A DNA stretch of 31,989 nt. It comes from an uncultured Legionellaceae bacterium. Its GTDB lineage: Bacteria; Pseudomonadota; Gammaproteobacteria; Legionellales; Legionellaceae. This document shows positions 8,640-18,500 of the stretch, piece by piece. Made by a program: the position numbers and the translations under genes. Within the stretch, counting starts at the first letter, position 1. Each line of letters opens with the position of its first letter. The DNA lies in contig CAZADN010000001.1 of the NCBI GenBank assembly GCA_964483895.1, positions 1-31,989 on the forward strand. The letters are read 5' to 3'. The notes beneath the pieces were generated by a model that was not told where the DNA came from, did no database searches, and saw nothing but the letters and a program-made list of their open reading frames with translations.

Positions 8640-10094
8640 ATGTTAATTATCTGGTTACTGACAATACCCTTCTTAGCTGCTATATTTCTGAGTTTTTGTA
8701 CTTCGTATAAACTATCCGTAAAAATCAATATATGCGTGAGCATAGTAACCTTCTTGGTTGCATTAGCATTGATGGTGCAAAATAGTCGAAAAGGCAATCT
8801 ATTTTTTGCAGACAAATGGTTTTATGTGGACCATTTAAGCGCGCTTCTGATAATTACCACGACCTTTATTGGTATGACAACAAGCTTTTTTAGTAAAAAT
8901 TTTCTCATGAACGAACAAGGAATAGGTAATGTTTTGCTCAGCCAACTGCGATTTTATTATAGTTTATACCAGTTTTTTTTCTTCACAGCATTACTGATAT
9001 TAACCACTAACAATCTGGGGATTTTATGGGTGGCGATGGAATGCGCCACACTCATCACTGTATTGCTAATAGGTTTATATCACATTCCTCAGAGTCTCGA
9101 GGCAGCGTGGAAATATCTCATTCTTTGTGGATTAGGCCTTGCTCAAGCCTTACTGGGAACCATTTTGTTCTATATCGCAGCTGAACAATTGTCCACAGCA
9201 CACAATATGTTGCTGTGGACCGACCTATATACTATGAGCAACCATATGCCCATAAAAATGGTCAGCATTGCCTTTGTTTTCATTTTAGTTGGTTATGGTA
9301 CGAAAGCAGGTTTAGTACCATTGCACCATTGGTTGCCAGATGTTTATGAAAAGGGAATGGCGCCCGTATTATCACTGATGTCAGGAGTGTTATTAAACTT
9401 AGCTTTTTACGCTATTTTGAGTTTTAAATTTATTACAGATAAGGTAGTAGGTAATGATTTTTCTAATCATCTATTATTAGGATTCGGATTGATAACGATT
9501 GTTGTTGCCGCTCTTTTTCTTCTTAGGCAACGAGAAATAAAGCGCTTATTTGCGTATTCGTCTATCGAACATATTGGCTTGATTTGCCTCGCTTTTGGCT
9601 TAAACACGCCTCTAGCTTTGTTTGCTGGATTACTCCATATGACGATGCATGCCCTTGCAAAATCTGCCACTTTTTTTAGTGTCGGTCAAGTCATTCAGGT
9701 GAGTAATTCACCAATCATGGGTAATATTCGAGGGTTGATTCAATGTAATCCAGGGTTGGCCTGGGGGCTATTGCTTTGTAGTTTTTTTCTAATTGGCATG
9801 CCACCCTCGGCTTTGTTTACTAGTGAACTGTTAATTATTTATTCTGTGGTCAAAGAAAATATGTTGCTGGTAGTTCCTTTAAGTATTAGTTTAGCAATTT
9901 CTTTTGCAGCCATAAGTTATCAAGTACAAAAGATGGTTTTTGATAAAACAGAAGGCGTGGTGATAACAAAAATTAAGCAATGCAGTTTGCTTCCAATGTA
10001 TTTTCATCTCGGAATTATCATGATTTTAGGTATTTTTATTCCTGTTGCCTTGGGAAATTGGTTTGCACAAATCATACAATTTATAAGGTGTTAA
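8640..10094 (+). CDS. hyfF: HyfF-like antiporter-like subunit
   Basis: LWVAME, SLEAAWKYLILCG, GYGTKAGLVPLHHWLPD, IKRLFAYSSIEHIG. Confidence 0.9.
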   Translation: MLIIWLLTIPFLAAIFLSFCTSYKLSVKINICVSIVTFLVALALMVQNSRKGNLFFADKWFYVDHLSALLIITTTFIGMTTSFFSKNFLMNEQGIGNVLLSQLRFYYSLYQFFFFTALLILTTNNLGILWVAMECATLITVLLIGLYHIPQSLEAAWKYLILCGLGLAQALLGTILFYIAAEQLSTAHNMLLWTDLYTMSNHMPIKMVSIAFVFILVGYGTKAGLVPLHHWLPDVYEKGMAPVLSLMSGVLLNLAFYAILSFKFITDKVVGNDFSNHLLLGFGLITIVVAALFLLRQREIKRLFAYSSIEHIGLICLAFGLNTPLALFAGLLHMTMHALAKSATFFSVGQVIQVSNSPIMGNIRGLIQCNPGLAWGLLLCSFFLIGMPPSALFTSELLIIYSVVKENMLLVVPLSISLAISFAAISYQVQKMVFDKTEGVVITKIKQCSLLPMYFHLGIIMILGIFIPVALGNWFAQIIQFIRC

Positions 10095-10096
10095 AT

Positions 10097-11656
10097 ATGA
10101 CTGTTTTTAACCCAACCATTCAAGCGATTAAACCAAAAAAAATGTTTTGTGAGTGGCCAGCTTGGGAATGCTCTATTCGGATAGAGATGTTATTGAAAAT
10201 TGCGCAGGAAATCAAAGAAAATGATGGCCAATTACTTACAATGTGGGGCACAGATAACCATACTTTAACACACGCATTTCACTTACATTTAGTCTTTATA
10301 TTTTTTAAAAAAAGTGTCCTTTATGTGCATTGCAGATTAGCGTCAAAAAATCCAGTGTATCCTAGTTTAAGCACTATTTTTCCTATTGCGAATCGATTAC
10401 AGCGTGCCTTATTTGATCTGATGGGTATAAAAGCTATCCATAGCGAAGATAATAGACCTTGGTTACGTCACGGCTCATGGCCTGCGGATGTATTTCCATT
10501 ACGTAGTGAAGTACCTCTTGATGCGCAATTTTTAGAAGACACGGACTATTATCCATTTGTACATGTCAACGGTAGTGGCGTGCATGAAATAGCGGTCGGG
10601 CCCGTACACGCCGGCATTATTGAACCTGGACATTTTAGATTTCAAGTCGTTGGTGAACGTATTTTGCGATTAGAGGAACGATTTGGCTACGCACATAAGG
10701 GTATAGCCAAACATTTAAAACAGGTTCCATTTGAAAAAGCAATAAAGATGGTAGGGCGCATTAGTGGTGATAATACCGTTGGTTATGCATGGTCTTTTAG
10801 TATGGCCATGGAAAATATTTATCAATTTTCGGTGCCGCCACGCGCGCAATGGCTACGAGCCTTATTATTAGAACGTGAGCGCATTATGAATCATTTAGGT
10901 GACATTGGTGCTTTGGGACATGATGCTGGGTTACACTTTGGCCAAGATCAATTCTCTAGAATAAAAGAACTCATGTTGCGCACGAATTTTAAGTTATTTG
11001 GGCACCGTTATTTAATGGATCTTATTATACCAGGTGGAGTTAGTATGGATTTATCAGCCGAAGGCTGTAGTGAAATACAGCAAGAGATACATGCTCTTCG
11101 CCAGGAGCTTCTCATATTAAAATCAATCTATGAAGAACATGAGGGTCTACAAGATAGATTTATATCAACAGGCATTGTCGAACCATCGTTAGCTCAATCG
11201 TTAGGTTTGATTGGACTTGTCGCTCGTGCGAGTGGGATCGATAATGACTGGCGAGTTGATATGCCATATGCGCCCTATAACCATTTGGTATGTAATACAC
11301 AAACTGTAATTGCCGGTGATGTGGCGGCACGTGTTGCTATCCGATATCAAGAAATTGAAGAGTCGTTAAGCTTAATAGAATCTATTCTTGACCAAATAGA
11401 ACCTGGTATGATTCAAAAACAATTACCCGCTAATATATCTAATCTGGTTGGGATGGGTTGTGTAGAGGGCTGGCGCGGCCCAATTCTTATCATGCTTAGC
11501 GCACAAGGTAAAAATCAACTTAATTGGGTTCATGTCCATGATCCATCTTGGCAAAATTGGCCTGCGTTGGAACATGCTGTATTAGGAAATATAGTACCGG
11601 ATTTTCCTCTCATTAATAAGTCATTTAATTTAAGTTACAGTGGTCATGATGGATAA
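10097..11656 (+). CDS. hyfG: Ehr large subunit (NuoC+NuoD-like, HyfG/HycE homolog) lacking Ni-binding Cys motifs
   Basis: VGPVHAGIIEPGHFRF, GYAHKG, VEGWRG, DPSWQNWPAL, DFPLINKSFNLSYSGHD. RISGD stands where RxCGxC is expected. AAGGTG (10085-10090) supports a start at 10097. Confidence 0.88.
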   Translation: MTVFNPTIQAIKPKKMFCEWPAWECSIRIEMLLKIAQEIKENDGQLLTMWGTDNHTLTHAFHLHLVFIFFKKSVLYVHCRLASKNPVYPSLSTIFPIANRLQRALFDLMGIKAIHSEDNRPWLRHGSWPADVFPLRSEVPLDAQFLEDTDYYPFVHVNGSGVHEIAVGPVHAGIIEPGHFRFQVVGERILRLEERFGYAHKGIAKHLKQVPFEKAIKMVGRISGDNTVGYAWSFSMAMENIYQFSVPPRAQWLRALLLERERIMNHLGDIGALGHDAGLHFGQDQFSRIKELMLRTNFKLFGHRYLMDLIIPGGVSMDLSAEGCSEIQQEIHALRQELLILKSIYEEHEGLQDRFISTGIVEPSLAQSLGLIGLVARASGIDNDWRVDMPYAPYNHLVCNTQTVIAGDVAARVAIRYQEIEESLSLIESILDQIEPGMIQKQLPANISNLVGMGCVEGWRGPILIMLSAQGKNQLNWVHVHDPSWQNWPALEHAVLGNIVPDFPLINKSFNLSYSGHDG

Positions 11657-11664
11657 TTCATTTT

Positions 11665-12201
11665 ATGTATAAAATACTCAAGAAAATTTTCAATACCGGA
11701 ATAGTAACTGAGACACAATCGCTCAAAAATAATGATAGTGTGGTTGAGCATCAAAGGCTCCAAAAATCTATTTTAAAAGCCTTCAGACGCTCTTTGGCCA
11801 TACGACATGTGGATGCTGGCTCATGTAATGCTTGTGAGTTGGAAATACATGCTCTTAGCAATCCATTTTATAATATTGAAGGGCTTGGAATTCATTTTGT
11901 TGCAAGCCCACGTCATGCCGATCTGCTGCTCGTAACTGGGCCTGTTTCCAAGCATATGATTGTAGCTTTAAAACGGACTTACAAAGCCATGCCTGAACCA
12001 AAGTTAGTGGTTGCTATTGGTGATTGTAGCGGCTCGGGTGGACTCTTTGGCAATACCTATGCGACATGTGGTGCATTAAGCCGTATTATTCCTGTTGATT
12101 TGGTCATACCGGGTTGCCCACCAACACCAACTGCCATTTTAGAAGGAATATTATCAATTATTAGGGATCCCAATTTAGCTGAAGATACTGAATTTTCCTG
12201 A
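11665..12201 (+). CDS. hyfI: Ehr small subunit (NuoB/HyfI-like, one [4Fe-4S] cluster)
   Basis: GSCNACELE, SPRHAD, AIGDC, IPGCPP: all four Cys ligands present. Confidence 0.9.
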   Translation: MYKILKKIFNTGIVTETQSLKNNDSVVEHQRLQKSILKAFRRSLAIRHVDAGSCNACELEIHALSNPFYNIEGLGIHFVASPRHADLLLVTGPVSKHMIVALKRTYKAMPEPKLVVAIGDCSGSGGLFGNTYATCGALSRIIPVDLVIPGCPPTPTAILEGILSIIRDPNLAEDTEFS

Positions 12202-12395
12202 AACCATGATGCCATATTAACAACTTAAAGAAAATGATATACTTAGCGCACATGAGTTTGCTAAAAAACACCATCAACACTTTCATAATGATCTTGAATT
12301 TTAATGAATGACGAGGTTTAAACTCGTTGCTAAGGATCATGGCCGTAAAAGAGTTGTATTTTATTTGCTTATTTTTTGATAATCTGGGGTTGTAA

Positions 12396-13178
12396 TTGCC
12401 GAAACACAATATTTTTACTCATAGACGAGAGTCTCTTCGCGATACCATTGTCTTTCGTACCAATGATATGTTTGGTGATATTTTCGTCAGCGATCGCTTT
12501 CCTTATAGAAGTTTATCTTTTGATTCAATTTATATACAGAGCTGTATAGATTTAATAAACCCGCTTGAATTGGTTCACGAATACACGCATGCCATGATGT
12601 TGGTACTTGCCTTTATTAGACCGCAGCACGCCACTATTTTAGGGTTAGGAGGAGGTTGTCTCCTTCGTAGTCTTAACTCTATTTTCCCTAAGTGTAATTT
12701 GCATGCCGTGGAATTGCGTCAACGTGTATATGAAGTTGCTTCAGAGTTTTTTGGGTTGCCACACAGCAAGAATATTACAATAACGATCTCTGACGCTAAA
12801 CAATGGTTAAAAAATGCTGATGATAAGAGTACGGATATCGTTTTTGCTGATATGTTCAACGCCTATAGCATGAATCCATTTCAAATGCAGATGAATTTCA
12901 TCCATCAGTGTCATCGAGTGTTGAGCAAAAAAGGCTGGCTTGTTATTAATTATCACGAACTTCCTGAACCATCTTTTTTAAAATTACTAAGTGGTTTTTT
13001 CCCCGACGTATTTATTTATAAAACAACAACCACGTCCAATAACATTATATTTGCTAGCAAGAGTAATATTGACTCTCTTCAACCGTTTAAGTTAGCTATT
13101 TTAGGGTTGGAAAATAAATTAGGAAATCGATCAATTAATTTTTTTAATCGTTTAAATAAACTACCTAGAGGAGAGTAA
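12396..13178 (+). CDS. Spermidine-synthase-like class I SAM-dependent methyltransferase
   Basis: EYTHAM, ILGLGGGCL (motif I), AVELR, ISDA, DIVFADMF, GWLVIN. TTG start uncertain. Confidence 0.8.
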   Translation: MPKHNIFTHRRESLRDTIVFRTNDMFGDIFVSDRFPYRSLSFDSIYIQSCIDLINPLELVHEYTHAMMLVLAFIRPQHATILGLGGGCLLRSLNSIFPKCNLHAVELRQRVYEVASEFFGLPHSKNITITISDAKQWLKNADDKSTDIVFADMFNAYSMNPFQMQMNFIHQCHRVLSKKGWLVINYHELPEPSFLKLLSGFFPDVFIYKTTTTSNNIIFASKSNIDSLQPFKLAILGLENKLGNRSINFFNRLNKLPRGE

Positions 13179-13201
13179 ACCTTAGCTGTTAGTATGATTG
13201 A

Positions 13202-13256
13202 CTATTTTTTAGGTTGTTTGGATTGTACTGGTAAAACTGTGCTTATTCAGGCGTTG
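13202..13256 (+). pseudogene. Fossil fragment (about one repeat unit) of a paralog of the 237..1658 repeat protein
   Basis: 43/55 nt ungapped identity to 1049-1103 by manual alignment; encodes YFLGCLDCTGKTVLIQAL versus YFLEFFVCTGQTALIQAL. Confidence 0.75.
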
Positions 13257-13266
13257 ATGGCAGCGC

Positions 13267-13347
13267 GTAGCCCGGATGAAATAAAATGAAATCCGGGATG
13301 TTCGAAGATAAATTCCTGGATTACGGCTATGCTTTCATCCAGGCTTC
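13267..13347. repeat. REP-like double-hairpin palindrome
   Basis: GTAGCCCGGATGAA (13267-13280) / TTCATCCAGGCTTC (13334-13347) is a 12/14 inverted match; inner AATCCGGGA / TCCTGGATT matches 8/9. Confidence 0.8.
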
Positions 13348-14309
13348 AACTTTTTTGTAATAGACATCTTTCCAAACCCTACTGCAGAGGCAAATTGCTT
13401 CGTCGATTCGGTGCTCGAATCCTCATATACTTGCGTGTATACTCCGGTTCTGCGCTCCGAGCCTCCTTGCAATTTGCTCTCTGCAGCGGGTTTGGAAAGA
13501 TGTCTAATTTCACTTAAATTATATTTTTTTTGGTATTGCGCAAATTTTTTCTGATAAAGAGTAGGATGCGTCATATATAAGTCATTTTTATGCATTTCAT
13601 AAATTTTTTGAATAGCCTCGTCCCAATGGTTTGAGGCGGTATTGGCATAAATTCCATCTTTGCCATATCTTTGTTTGTACTCAAAACAAACTTGGGAGAT
13701 ATATAAAAATCCTTTGGGGGCAGCGGAGCTTAGCTGCATTAGAAACTCTAAATCTTCAACCGGGGATACTTGTTGCCATTCAATGTGATTTTTTTCAACT
13801 AAGTCTTTTTTGTGAAATAATCCTGTTCCGCCTAATATTCGCATTTTCCAATCATAAAAATTCTGAATGCTTGGTTTTTTGGGATAGCATAATCCTATTT
13901 GTTCGGAGCTTACTATAAAACCTTGGTTATCATAAATTTCAATTTTAAAATTGCCGTTGGCTAGGGCAAAGCTTTTTTTAGGGAATTCTAAAAAATGTTG
14001 TCTTGCTAATGATAGATAATTTGGAAAAATTTTATCATCGCTATCTACATAAGTTACAATTTCGCCAGTACATTTTTTTAATCCAAAATTTCTAGCAGAA
14101 GAAGAACCGGCATTTTTTTTATAATAATAATGAATCCGTGGATCATATTGAAACTCGCGGATAACTTTTACGGTTTCATCAGTTGAGCCATCATCTACTA
14201 CAATCAATTCCCAATAAGGCCAAGATTGATTTTGAATACTTTGGATGGTTTCCCAGATTATGTAGCCTCTATTATAAGCAGGAATAATAATTGAAAATGT
14301 AAGCTCCAT
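13335..14309 (-). CDS. Glycosyltransferase family 2 with an in-frame RPE1-like insertion near the C-terminus
   Basis: FSIIIPAYNR, VVDDGSTD, ARNFGL, YVDSDD, VEDLEF. Start set at MELTFSII (14309). Confidence 0.9.
   Translation of the reverse strand: MELTFSIIIPAYNRGYIIWETIQSIQNQSWPYWELIVVDDGSTDETVKVIREFQYDPRIHYYYKKNAGSSSARNFGLKKCTGEIVTYVDSDDKIFPNYLSLARQHFLEFPKKSFALANGNFKIEIYDNQGFIVSSEQIGLCYPKKPSIQNFYDWKMRILGGTGLFHKKDLVEKNHIEWQQVSPVEDLEFLMQLSSAAPKGFLYISQVCFEYKQRYGKDGIYANTASNHWDEAIQKIYEMHKNDLYMTHPTLYQKKFAQYQKKYNLSEIRHLSKPAAESKLQGGSERRTGVYTQVYEDSSTESTKQFASAVGFGKMSITKKLKPG
13361..13506. mobile_element. RPE1-like palindromic element (MITE-like), 144 bp net, TA at both ends
   Basis: Perfect 19-bp terminal inverted repeats TAGACATCTTTCCAAACCC / GGGTTTGGAAAGATGTCTA. 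The peptide RHLSKP...GKMS matches the ends of the Rickettsia palindromic element 1 peptide as I recall it. Confidence 0.85.
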
Positions 14310-14452
14310 AATGTGTTTTGGATTTGATAAGATTATCTTAAGTATAGGATAAAGCGCAAAAATAGTAAAAATTTTAAACAATAAAGCTTTTAATTAAGAA
14401 AAAATATTTTTTTGAGAGGCGTTTTCTAGGATAATCTCCGTTTAAAATCATA

Positions 14453-15448
14453 ATGGACGTTAATATTAAAATGCCAGAAGCAAAGTATTTGTTAAAAAAA
14501 ATTAAAAATGAAAATTTTCCGATAGTGTCTTTTCCAAAAGCTACTTATGAAAATGAAATAGGAATTAATCCTTTTTATTTTGATATAGAAAGCTCACCAA
14601 AACTTTGTATAGGTGAATCGCGAATATGGGCAGCAAGAGCTGATGCGAAAGCTGTCATAGCTGTTGGAATTAAAAATGCTTATAATGAAGCAAGAGGTTC
14701 GACTATCTTTGATAGAGTAGAAGATATTTCATTGAGTAACTATATTCACGCGCAAAATCGTTATGGGCATCCATCTTTAACAATACCTGAAGATTGTTAT
14801 GATGGGTCCGTTTATGATGCAGGTTGGGTTTATCAGAATAAGGATAGGCTTGATGTTTTAATGTGGTCTGGTCGTTTTAGTAATAAGCATCTAAATCAAA
14901 TTCAAAAACAACAATTAGAGCAGTATATTGCATTAAAATTTATGAAAGCATGGGGAGAGCAACCAGTTGTATTTATTAGGTTACGTAATGATGAAGATAT
15001 GCATTTATTTTTTCAGGGTACTTTAAGCAATGAAACCATACCGTATAGAACTTATGAGAACTTTAATAATATTAAGGATGAAATATTTGATAGTTGCGTA
15101 ATAGATGGTGATTTAAATGATTTGGTTCTGGCCTGTGAAAGCTCTGATATTAATTTGGAGTATTATCGGCAGCAATCTTTATTGTATTTTGAAAAACAGT
15201 TGGAAGAATTTAAAATATGGTCCAATAAATCGCCAGTTTATTCTTTTTTTCTCTCAATTTATAGTTGGTCTGATTTACATATTAAGTCACAAAAATTAAT
15301 TAGTGAAATTAGGCGTCTTAGAGAAGATTGGATTGATGCGGATTATATTAGTTTTGAGCAAGATTATGCCGAATTTTGTTTAAATGCTGGGATTAAATAT
15401 AAACAGAAGGAATGCACTGAAAGTCAAAATATTTCCAATTCTTTGTAG
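14453..15448 (+). CDS. Hypothetical protein, effector/toxin-like
   Basis: 331-aa ORF divergent from the GT2; contains GHPSL...VYDAGW...WSGRF; no confident family. Confidence 0.75.
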   Translation: MDVNIKMPEAKYLLKKIKNENFPIVSFPKATYENEIGINPFYFDIESSPKLCIGESRIWAARADAKAVIAVGIKNAYNEARGSTIFDRVEDISLSNYIHAQNRYGHPSLTIPEDCYDGSVYDAGWVYQNKDRLDVLMWSGRFSNKHLNQIQKQQLEQYIALKFMKAWGEQPVVFIRLRNDEDMHLFFQGTLSNETIPYRTYENFNNIKDEIFDSCVIDGDLNDLVLACESSDINLEYYRQQSLLYFEKQLEEFKIWSNKSPVYSFFLSIYSWSDLHIKSQKLISEIRRLREDWIDADYISFEQDYAEFCLNAGIKYKQKECTESQNISNSL

Positions 15449-15465
15449 TATCTATATTGGAAAAA

Positions 15466-15535
15466 TAGGTTGGGCTGCAAAGCCCAACATGTTCAGGGTT
15501 TGAGCCAAATATTGTTGGGCTTTACAGCCCAACGT
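15466..15535. repeat. REP-like palindrome pair between convergent genes (possible bidirectional terminator)
   Basis: AGGTTGGGCTGCAAAGCCCAACA (15467-15489) / TGTTGGGCTTTACAGCCCAACGT (15513-15535), 21/23 inverted match; each arm is itself a hairpin. Confidence 0.85.
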
Positions 15536-15539
15536 GATT

Positions 15540-18500
15540 TTATCTACAATTGAAATTATTATCATCGCTATCATAGCCGTCGAATTCCACTGTCAATGGG
15601 GCTGAGTGGAAAAACAACTTACTATATGAGCGATCTTTGATGTCTGGTGTATAATTTCTTAAGACGTCTCTATCAATATATGCCTCTATGTTCGATTGCG
15701 CACAAGTAATTGTGTCATCAATTTCAAAATCACGACGTTCTCTAACTTCTCGGGTAAAGAAGAAAGCTCCGCGATGTTTGTTTTTAATATTATTGATTTC
15801 TTCATCAAGATTAAAACTTGGGTCTTGAGCATTTGTAAGCTCAGCTGCAAGAATATCTTCAGTTGGTGTGTTTAAGTTAAGTGATATAGCTTTACGTAAG
15901 AAATCCTTTGCGCCTTTACGACCATCTGCATGATATATCATCTTACGCGTACCATCATACTCACCCTTTTCTAAAGAAGAGTAAAGATTTTTTATTTTTT
16001 GTATCTTAGAATCGGTTTCCTGACCAGTAAATCTTGGGAAAAAACCTATACAAATTAGTTTATATATACTAATCGGTATAAACGTAACAGCCGAGACAGC
16101 TAAACTTGCGAGTTTTAATAAATTATGAGCAACCGGCACTAAACCTGCGGTAAATAGAGCTAATGTATAGCCTAAAAATCCGGCTGCTTTTTCTCTATTC
16201 TTACGCTTATCAGCAGCAACCCCGCCATCAAAATAATAGTCTTCAAGCCCTACATTGATGAGAGACTTAGATAGGTGCTTGTAAGATAAGTAATTATTTT
16301 TGACAAACTCTTTAGTATAGTATGGTGCGATAACAAAAGTAGTTGCTAATGCACCGCCTAAAATAAGCCCTGGAAGCCCTGCTAAATATTTTAATGGTGT
16401 TAGGAGTACTTTAGGGATTGATATAAATTTTGTTGGAGTAACTTGAACTGTATCAACATAATCATTGTATTTTAGGTTATTTGCAAAATACACCTTCTTT
16501 TTTAATACTAAATTACTTGTGTTTTGGATTGCTACAAGAAGAGATCTATAATTATGTCTAATAATTCTTAAGCTTATAGTTATAGCGCCAATGACAGCGC
16601 CTATAGCTGCGCCGATGATATGTCCTGGAAGGCCAAATCCATGTTGTTCAAAAGATGTTCTCTTGCTTTTCTCGAAATATCTGTATCTCGGTATGCCAAG
16701 AATGAGAGAGTCAATATCTTCACCGTTTGTCCATAAAGCGATATTTCTTATATCACGTTTAGCGGTTGCCAAGCTATTATATATTACATTAACAGTAATA
16801 CGTAACGTATATAAAGCTAAGCCTATTGGCAAACCAATGACATATCCAAGTCCGCCTAAAATTTTATCAGTCGTGCTTCTATTATCTATAGGATTGCTTG
16901 AATAATTAACCGGAGGTAAATTTGCAATCGTTCTAATTGTGACGGCAATACTTGCAAAGGTATCCAAAATGCTACGAATAGTTCCAAGCACTACAAATCC
17001 AAAAGCGCCGAAAGGAATACCTAGTACTCTTCCAGATATTCCAAGCATTTTATCGATAGGTTTTTGTGTTGATTGGAGAGTATTTATATCGTATTTTTTA
17101 TCTTTTGGTAGAGCAAATCTTGCGTAATACAAACTTTCGTTATATGTGCGAACAGCTGTTTCTTTGACAATTCTAAAAAACCCAACTGTGGCTGCTGCAA
17201 CTAAGCCTATTATTCCGCCTATTGGTAAACCAAGTACGCCTAAATAAAAAGGGGCATTTTTGCGTGTATCTTGGCGCATTTTAGGTGTTGAGAGAGAGTC
17301 GCTGTCTTCGTCATCTTGAGAAAGTTCTGAATAATCAAAATTTCTAAGGCGCTTAAGTTCAGCGAATTCATTTGCCCCAGGGATTTCGCCTTGGCTACGT
17401 ACGAATTTGACCATGTCTAAAGTTACGTGACGAATAGTTTGGAGGGTATTAAAAATAACGCGTCCACTACCAACTACTATAAAACCCACGCTACCAATCA
17501 CAGCGCCAACTAAAATTCCTGGAAGCCCCATAATTTTTGAGCGCTCTTCAATATTTGGAGTTTCAATTTCATCAAGTAAAGGGTTTTCTACTTCATGCAG
17601 TGAGGTTAGGATTGAGTTTTTGAATATATATTCAAAAAATACTGCAGACTCAATGCTAATTAAACCTAATCCACCAACAATGCGTCCGATTAATGAGCCA
17701 GGGTATCCAGCTCTTTTTAATAGCCTGTTGCGGTTGTCGTCTTCAAGTTTAATTTGTGATTTTTCAGAAAGCTTAGGATTAACTTGCTTTGCAAATGCGC
17801 GTTTTGCAGAATCAGCGTTAGTTATTATAATTCGCGCAAGAAATATGCCCAAAATAAGTGGTGTATTTACAATTGCGCCTAGAATGTAACCAATTGCGCC
17901 CCATGCTCGTGAAGGATTAGTGCGAGTAGGATTTTTAATGTCTAAATATTCTGATTCAGAAAGGGATTTAGGTGCAAATGCTAAAGAAGTTTTTAACCAT
18001 AATTTACTGATATTTATGAAATTATAATAACTTTCTACAGTTAGTCTAACTGTGCTGCCAAGCGTTAGGCCAATTAATGCTCCAGGAGCACTTGAGAATT
18101 TAACCCAACCTGGGCGATTATCTTCTTTAAATTGTGTTTCGGGTAAAATAGAGTTAGTTAAATAATTAAACACTCTTCTTCCTGAGTCAATATTAGTTGC
18201 GCCGTAACGTATAAGACCTATAATTGTTACAGGTAGTGCCATAATGGCTAAACCTACAGGGTATCCAAGAATGCCGATTACCCTCTCGTAATATTTACCT
18301 GTTTGCATAGGCGCATTTTCTGCCAACGTACCATATTTATTTTTTCTTCCGCGTAGAGCTATTTTAAGTAATAAAATATGAATGGTATTTGCAGTGCTTA
18401 CGTATGATTCAAAAGCAACTCTTTTTGCAGCGCCGAAAGCCAAACCTATTGTAAGAGCAACGGGTGCAAGCAAGTAGCCAAGACCGCCGAGTACGTTCTC

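Noticed and set aside
6076-9670. Short overlapping ORFs within the hyf genes (6076, 6726, 7257, 7746, 8222, 8492, 9467)
   Set aside because: Antisense or alternate-frame shadows of well-supported membrane-protein genes; no motifs.
5033-12201. Calling the operon hydrogenase-4 / formate hydrogenlyase
   Set aside because: Both Ni-binding CxxC motifs are missing and there are no fdh, hyp or ferredoxin-like genes.
12202-12395. Gene remnant or 82-aa minus-strand ORF between hyfI and the methyltransferase
   Set aside because: Only short open stretches (e.g. QLKENDILSAHEFAKKHHQHFHNDLEF*) with no start signal or recognisable family.
1049-13256. Calling the block a bona fide genomic island with att sites
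   Set aside because: The flanking repeats are only 78% identical, and there is no integrase or tRNA; kept only as an alternative hypothesis.
13329-13517. 62-aa plus-strand ORF
   Set aside because: It is the opposite-strand reading of the RPE1-like palindrome, starts inside a REP and has no SD.
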